A DNA stretch of 64,000 bases from a virus (Duplodnaviria; Heunggongvirae; Uroviricota; Caudoviricetes). Of this stretch, positions 60,610 through 64,000 are shown in pieces. Location: the IMG/VR virus record IMGVR_UViG_3300010882_000011, positions 64,001-128,000 of that record; one strand, 5' to 3'. A program made the position numbers and the translations under genes. Within the stretch, counting starts at the first letter, position 1. Each line of letters starts with the position of its first letter. The notes beneath the pieces were generated by a model, which ran no database searches, was not told the DNA's origin, and saw only the letters and a program-made list of their open reading frames with translations.

Positions 60610-62034
60610 TTACTTAATTAACATATGTATATCCTTTCTTGTTCTGGACATACTAACATATTGTAATTGTCTTAATTCTTGCTTATTTGTACATCTCAAT
60701 ATATTTTCCATATCAATCAGTACATTGTCAAATGAGCTTCCTTGACTTTTGTGGGTACTTAGACAGTAACCGTAACTCAAACTTTTATTCCGAATTACTC
60801 TACCATCAAAAATCATATCAATTGGAGTTAGAAATGATCCCATGATTTTGAAATACTTAACCCACAACTTATTTCGTTTTTCCTTACTTCTCTCGTTTAT
60901 GGCATCAAACCTTGCTCTCTCTACACAATAAGCTATTGAATTAAATACTTCAAGGGAATTTTGTGTTGATAGAACATAAACATGCAGAAAGAATTCCTCA
61001 TAAACGGAATATAAATCTAATAAATAACCTTCCGTTCAAATTCCACAAATTTCCTTTTGATGGGGACATATACCTGTGACTATGTAATCGTTAGAATTAT
61101 ATAGTTTATAGGATAATCCTCCTCTGGAAAATGAATAGTGCATATTATCTGACTTATATTCACAAGAATCATGGGCCATTAATATATCACCAAGATTGTA
61201 TTCATTGTCGTTTTCAAAAATCATTTTCCTAATTACTTTATTAAAGGCATCTACTCGTTTATTAGTATATGCTAGTAATTTAATGAGATTGGGATTTTGA
61301 TCTTTAACTGATTGCTTAAATAGAGAAATGTTCTTACCCAATAATCGCTGCCAATTATTATATATTACTAGATTTCCATTCGGAGAAATAATTTCTGAAA
61401 AGTTTTTCTGGCTTTTAGTTCGCAGTTCAGTTAGAACATCAAGTATAGGATTATCATCTTCTTGTCGATAAATTTTACTTAACTGAAAAGTTGAGTCAAT
61501 CTTTGTAGCTTTAGACAATTTGTTATCCTTAACTGGTTGTAACTGACAGGCATCTAAAATCCATATGATTTTACAATCTCTTCTTTTACACTGTTCGACT
61601 ATATAATCAAATAGCACTTCATTTATCATTGAAGCTTCATCAATTAATAATATTCCATCTCGTGGAATACCGTTGTCTAATGTATTAGAATTGAATTGCA
61701 GATCTTTGAAATCTAGTTCAAGAATGTCAAGAGTTGGTTTAAGTGAAAGTAGTTGATGTACTGTAATAACATCCCGTTCAGTTGATTCCGAAATAACTCG
61801 TTTGGCTTTATGAGTTGGGGCAGCAATTATATAAGATAATCTTTTTTCTTCAATATATCTTATTATTAATTTAGTAATGGTTGTCTTTCCAGTTCCAGCA
61901 GATCCAATTAGAGAACATTGTTTTTGATCAACATCCTCTATAAAATTAAAAATTGAGAGAAGTACATCTCTCTGTTCTTCTCCCAATTTAAATTTTAAGT
62001 ATTGTTTCTCTAAATTGTCTATAGTGGGATTCAC
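60610..62034 (-). CDS. SF1B (Dda/RecD-like) DNA helicase, 474 aa (one TGA=Trp at 61036)
   Basis: GSAGTGKT, DEASM, IYRQ, THKSQGSSF, YVSMSR; two track fragments in one frame. Confidence 0.88.
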
Positions 62035-62417
62035 TATTTTTTCAATTCGCCCATTACTCCACGACTGACTCTATCATCAATTCGTCTTTTACAGGCAGTA
62101 AGAAACATTTCCAATCCTGTTTTCATTGGTTCATATTGGTCATGCGGATAAACTGCATTAAGCTTTTCTAACCTATCTAATAGAATATAGGCTAGTTGCT
62201 CGCTCTGAAGACCTGGTAAAATATCACCATTATCAAATTTCTGAACAAATCGAATTCTTATTTCGTCATCAATATACTCAGTTTTTCCTTCGTTGTAGCC
62301 AAGAGTTGGTTTACACCAGTACTCATGTGCTCCGCCGTACGTATCATCAAGTTTTACACTTATCGTGCATTCATCACTTGGATAAACCTTCCAGTCTAAT
62401 GTTTTGAAAAATTCCAT
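62034..62417 (-). CDS. Tad1-like (Thoeris anti-defence sponge) protein, divergent, 127 aa
   Basis: GGAHEY, I-x-F-x-Q, G-x5-L-x2-I-x2-DRL and RR-x2-DR-x2-R-x-V-x-G match the Tad1 pattern as recalled; ATG 62417 one base after the dut stop. Confidence 0.6.
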   Translation of the reverse strand: MEFFKTLDWKVYPSDECTISVKLDDTYGGAHEYWCKPTLGYNEGKTEYIDDEIRIRFVQKFDNGDILPGLQSEQLAYILLDRLEKLNAVYPHDQYEPMKTGLEMFLTACKRRIDDRVSRGVMGELKK

Positions 62418-62418
62418 G

Positions 62419-62889
62419 TTATTTCTTATCAGTTGATCCAAATCCACCTGTTCCTCTTTCAGTTTCAGACAGATCTTCTACTTCTTCAAACTCAATTGCA
62501 GGATAAGGTAAAATCATTATTTGACCTATCTTATCTCCAATTGCATATTGCTGATCGCAATTTAACCATGTTTCCATGTGTCCATTTTCGTTCTCAAACG
62601 TTACTGGTCTAAGAACTCTTTTGTAACGGAATAATAATTCTCCACGATATCCACTGTCAAGGACTCCTACACTGTTACATAGTAATAGGTCTTTTTTACT
62701 GTTGCTGGATCTTGGGAAAATTAGCATTACGTGTCCTTCTGGAACTTCAAAAGAAAGTCCAGTTCCATATTCAACATACTCGTCTGTATTATTTAGAGAG
62801 ATAGCTGTTATGTCCATCCCTGCGTCTCCTGGTTTAGAGTAACTAGGAATAACTGCGTCAGGGTGTATTTTTTTTATTTTAACTTGCAT
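62419..62889 (-). CDS. dut: dUTPase (trimeric), 156 aa
   Basis: AGMD, PRSS, GVLDSGYRGE, RGTGGFGST motifs; ATG 62889 in TAATG overlap. Confidence 0.92.
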   Translation of the reverse strand: MQVKIKKIHPDAVIPSYSKPGDAGMDITAISLNNTDEYVEYGTGLSFEVPEGHVMLIFPRSSNSKKDLLLCNSVGVLDSGYRGELLFRYKRVLRPVTFENENGHMETWLNCDQQYAIGDKIGQIMILPYPAIEFEEVEDLSETERGTGGFGSTDKK

Positions 62890-63062
62890 TAAAATACTAT
62901 TATTATAAATGAAATGGTTACCCATATCAGAATTCTAACGATTAGAATTTCGTTAGTAAACTGTGAGAAATCAATCTTCTTTATGATAGCATCTTTGCTT
63001 ACGATTAATGCATTTCCTATTACTTCTAATAGAACCATTAACGCAATTATAAATTTAAGCAT
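62889..63062 (-). CDS. Small two-TM membrane protein, 57 aa
   Basis: MLKFIIALMVLLEVIGNALIV...EILIVRILIWVTISFIIIVF*; TAATG coupling. Confidence 0.6.
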   Translation of the reverse strand: MLKFIIALMVLLEVIGNALIVSKDAIIKKIDFSQFTNEILIVRILIWVTISFIIIVF

Positions 63063-63528
63063 TTCTTCAAAACTTTTCAGTTATATCAACAAATTGCTCA
63101 CCATTGATTTTATATAATCTTTGGTTCGTGTTTGGGTTATTCAAAGCACCTAGTTCCTCAACATAGGGGCCGAGTTTGATGTAATCAAATGCAGAAAGAA
63201 AACTGGCATTTTGATATGCATCTTCCAATTCCTTTCTTCCAGAATACCAGGCTGTTTTTATTCCATGTACTTCTTTAACTGTATAAGCCATTAGCCATAC
63301 TTCATGGGCAGTTTTATCGCCACCCATAAAACATAAACAAGTAGTATTTGGATACTTTTTCAGTAACCTTTCTACTACTTTCATATCAAAACGTTTGCCG
63401 ACATTTTCCTGTAATTCAGGAGTATGGCAACCTTTACAATGATAAGGACAGTTAGACAAATTGATTGCTAACGTTGTTTCGTCTGGTATCTCTGTAAATA
63501 CAATATCGTATTCAGTATATTTAAGCAT
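63055..63528 (-). CDS. nrdG: Anaerobic ribonucleotide reductase activase (radical SAM), 157 aa
   Basis: CPYHCKGC, CFMGGD, DYIKLGPY, TNQR; ends DITEKF-W(TGA)-RNA*. Confidence 0.9.
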
Positions 63529-64000
63529 AATACCGTTGTTTTGCCTCTACTTGTCTTCCTTCACTAAATGCACTTACTGGTCTTAAATAACCAATAATTC
63601 TTGTCCATTGTGTAATCTTATGACTTCCGCATTTTGGACATTCATTTAGTGGTCTTTTCTCAATATATCCACAACTATTACATTCACTATTAGGAACATT
63701 GAACGTAAAGTAGCTAGTACCTTCCTTAATAGCAAAGTTAATAACATTTCTATATTGTTCCTGACTTAAATGATCAGCTAAATTAATGTGGGCACCAACA
63801 CCGCCATCAAGCTTATCAGTATATTTCTTACCATGAAGTGTGAGTTTATCAAACACATTTAAGGTGTTATCCTCTGGTTTATAGAAGTATGAATTATAAC
63901 AATTCCTATCTAAAGGAACCCAATAATTGTCTTCCTTATCCCAATTATAGTTTTTGATGCCCAATCCTTCTGCTGGAACAAATTCAGTATTGAACTTGAT
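63521..64000 (-). CDS. nrdD: Anaerobic ribonucleoside-triphosphate reductase, C-terminal part (5'-partial)
   Basis: TEFVPAEG, GGVGAHINL, CPKCGS Zn ribbon, glycyl-radical loop TRIIGYL. Confidence 0.9.
   Translation of the reverse strand: MKFNTEFVPAEGLGIKNYNWDKEDNYWVPLDRNCYNSYFYKPEDNTLNVFDKLTLHGKKYTDKLDGGVGAHINLADHLSQEQYRNVINFAIKEGTSYFTFNVPNSECNSCGYIEKRPLNECPKCGSHKITQWTRIIGYLRPVSAFSEGRQVEAKQRYYA

Noticed and set aside
62931-62949. Perfect 8-bp inverted repeat AATTCTAA-CGA-TTAGAATT
   Set aside because: AT-rich, inside a coding sequence and single copy; compatible with chance
1-64000. TGA as selenocysteine or as glycine (table 25)
   Set aside because: TGA occupies Trp positions of known motifs (DUF192, ThyX, NrdG, PolA C-terminus), is far too frequent for Sec, and no Sec machinery is visible
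1-64000. CRISPR arrays, integrase, IS elements, introns or inteins in MCP, PolA or RNAP
   Set aside because: No spaced direct repeats or such motifs seen; those genes are continuous under table 4
1-64000. Assignment to a specific Crassvirales family or host species
   Set aside because: It needs MCP, terminase or RNAP phylogeny; only a Bacteroidota-type promoter supports the host phylum

Overview
The window is most of a crAss-like (Crassvirales) bacteriophage genome that reads TGA as tryptophan (translation table 4). The supplied ORF track is therefore fragmented. Reading through TGA joins the pieces into intact genes that all end in TAA/TAG, and many abut through TAATG overlaps. The + strand (1-48677) carries the virion module: major capsid protein, conserved capsid/neck/tail genes, cargo proteins, and three giant virion proteins. 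These contain an SF1 helicase-like domain, a two-barrel RNA polymerase (DFDID) with a C-terminal HExxH zincin, and a PD-(D/E)xK nuclease domain. A bidirectional terminator at about 48680-48726 separates this from the - strand replication and nucleotide-metabolism module: dNMP kinase, ThyX, PolA, Pnkp, RNA ligase, metallophosphoesterase, DNA ligase, Dda-like helicase, dUTPase, NrdG and NrdD. The most notable observations are four. (1) TGA-Trp use is sharply zoned: 0 of 15 Trp codons in the capsid operon and 0 of 33 in the RNA-repair/ligase block, against 19 of 38 in the neighbouring PolA/ThyX block. (2) There is a Tad1-like anti-defence sponge candidate. (3) A perfect Bacteroidota sigma-A promoter drives a small TGA-interrupted Zn-finger gene inside the late region. 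(4) A GC-rich structured intergenic element lies at 58714-58795. No tRNA, CRISPR array, integrase, intron or intein was seen. Family assignments come from remembered motifs and synteny; no searches were run.
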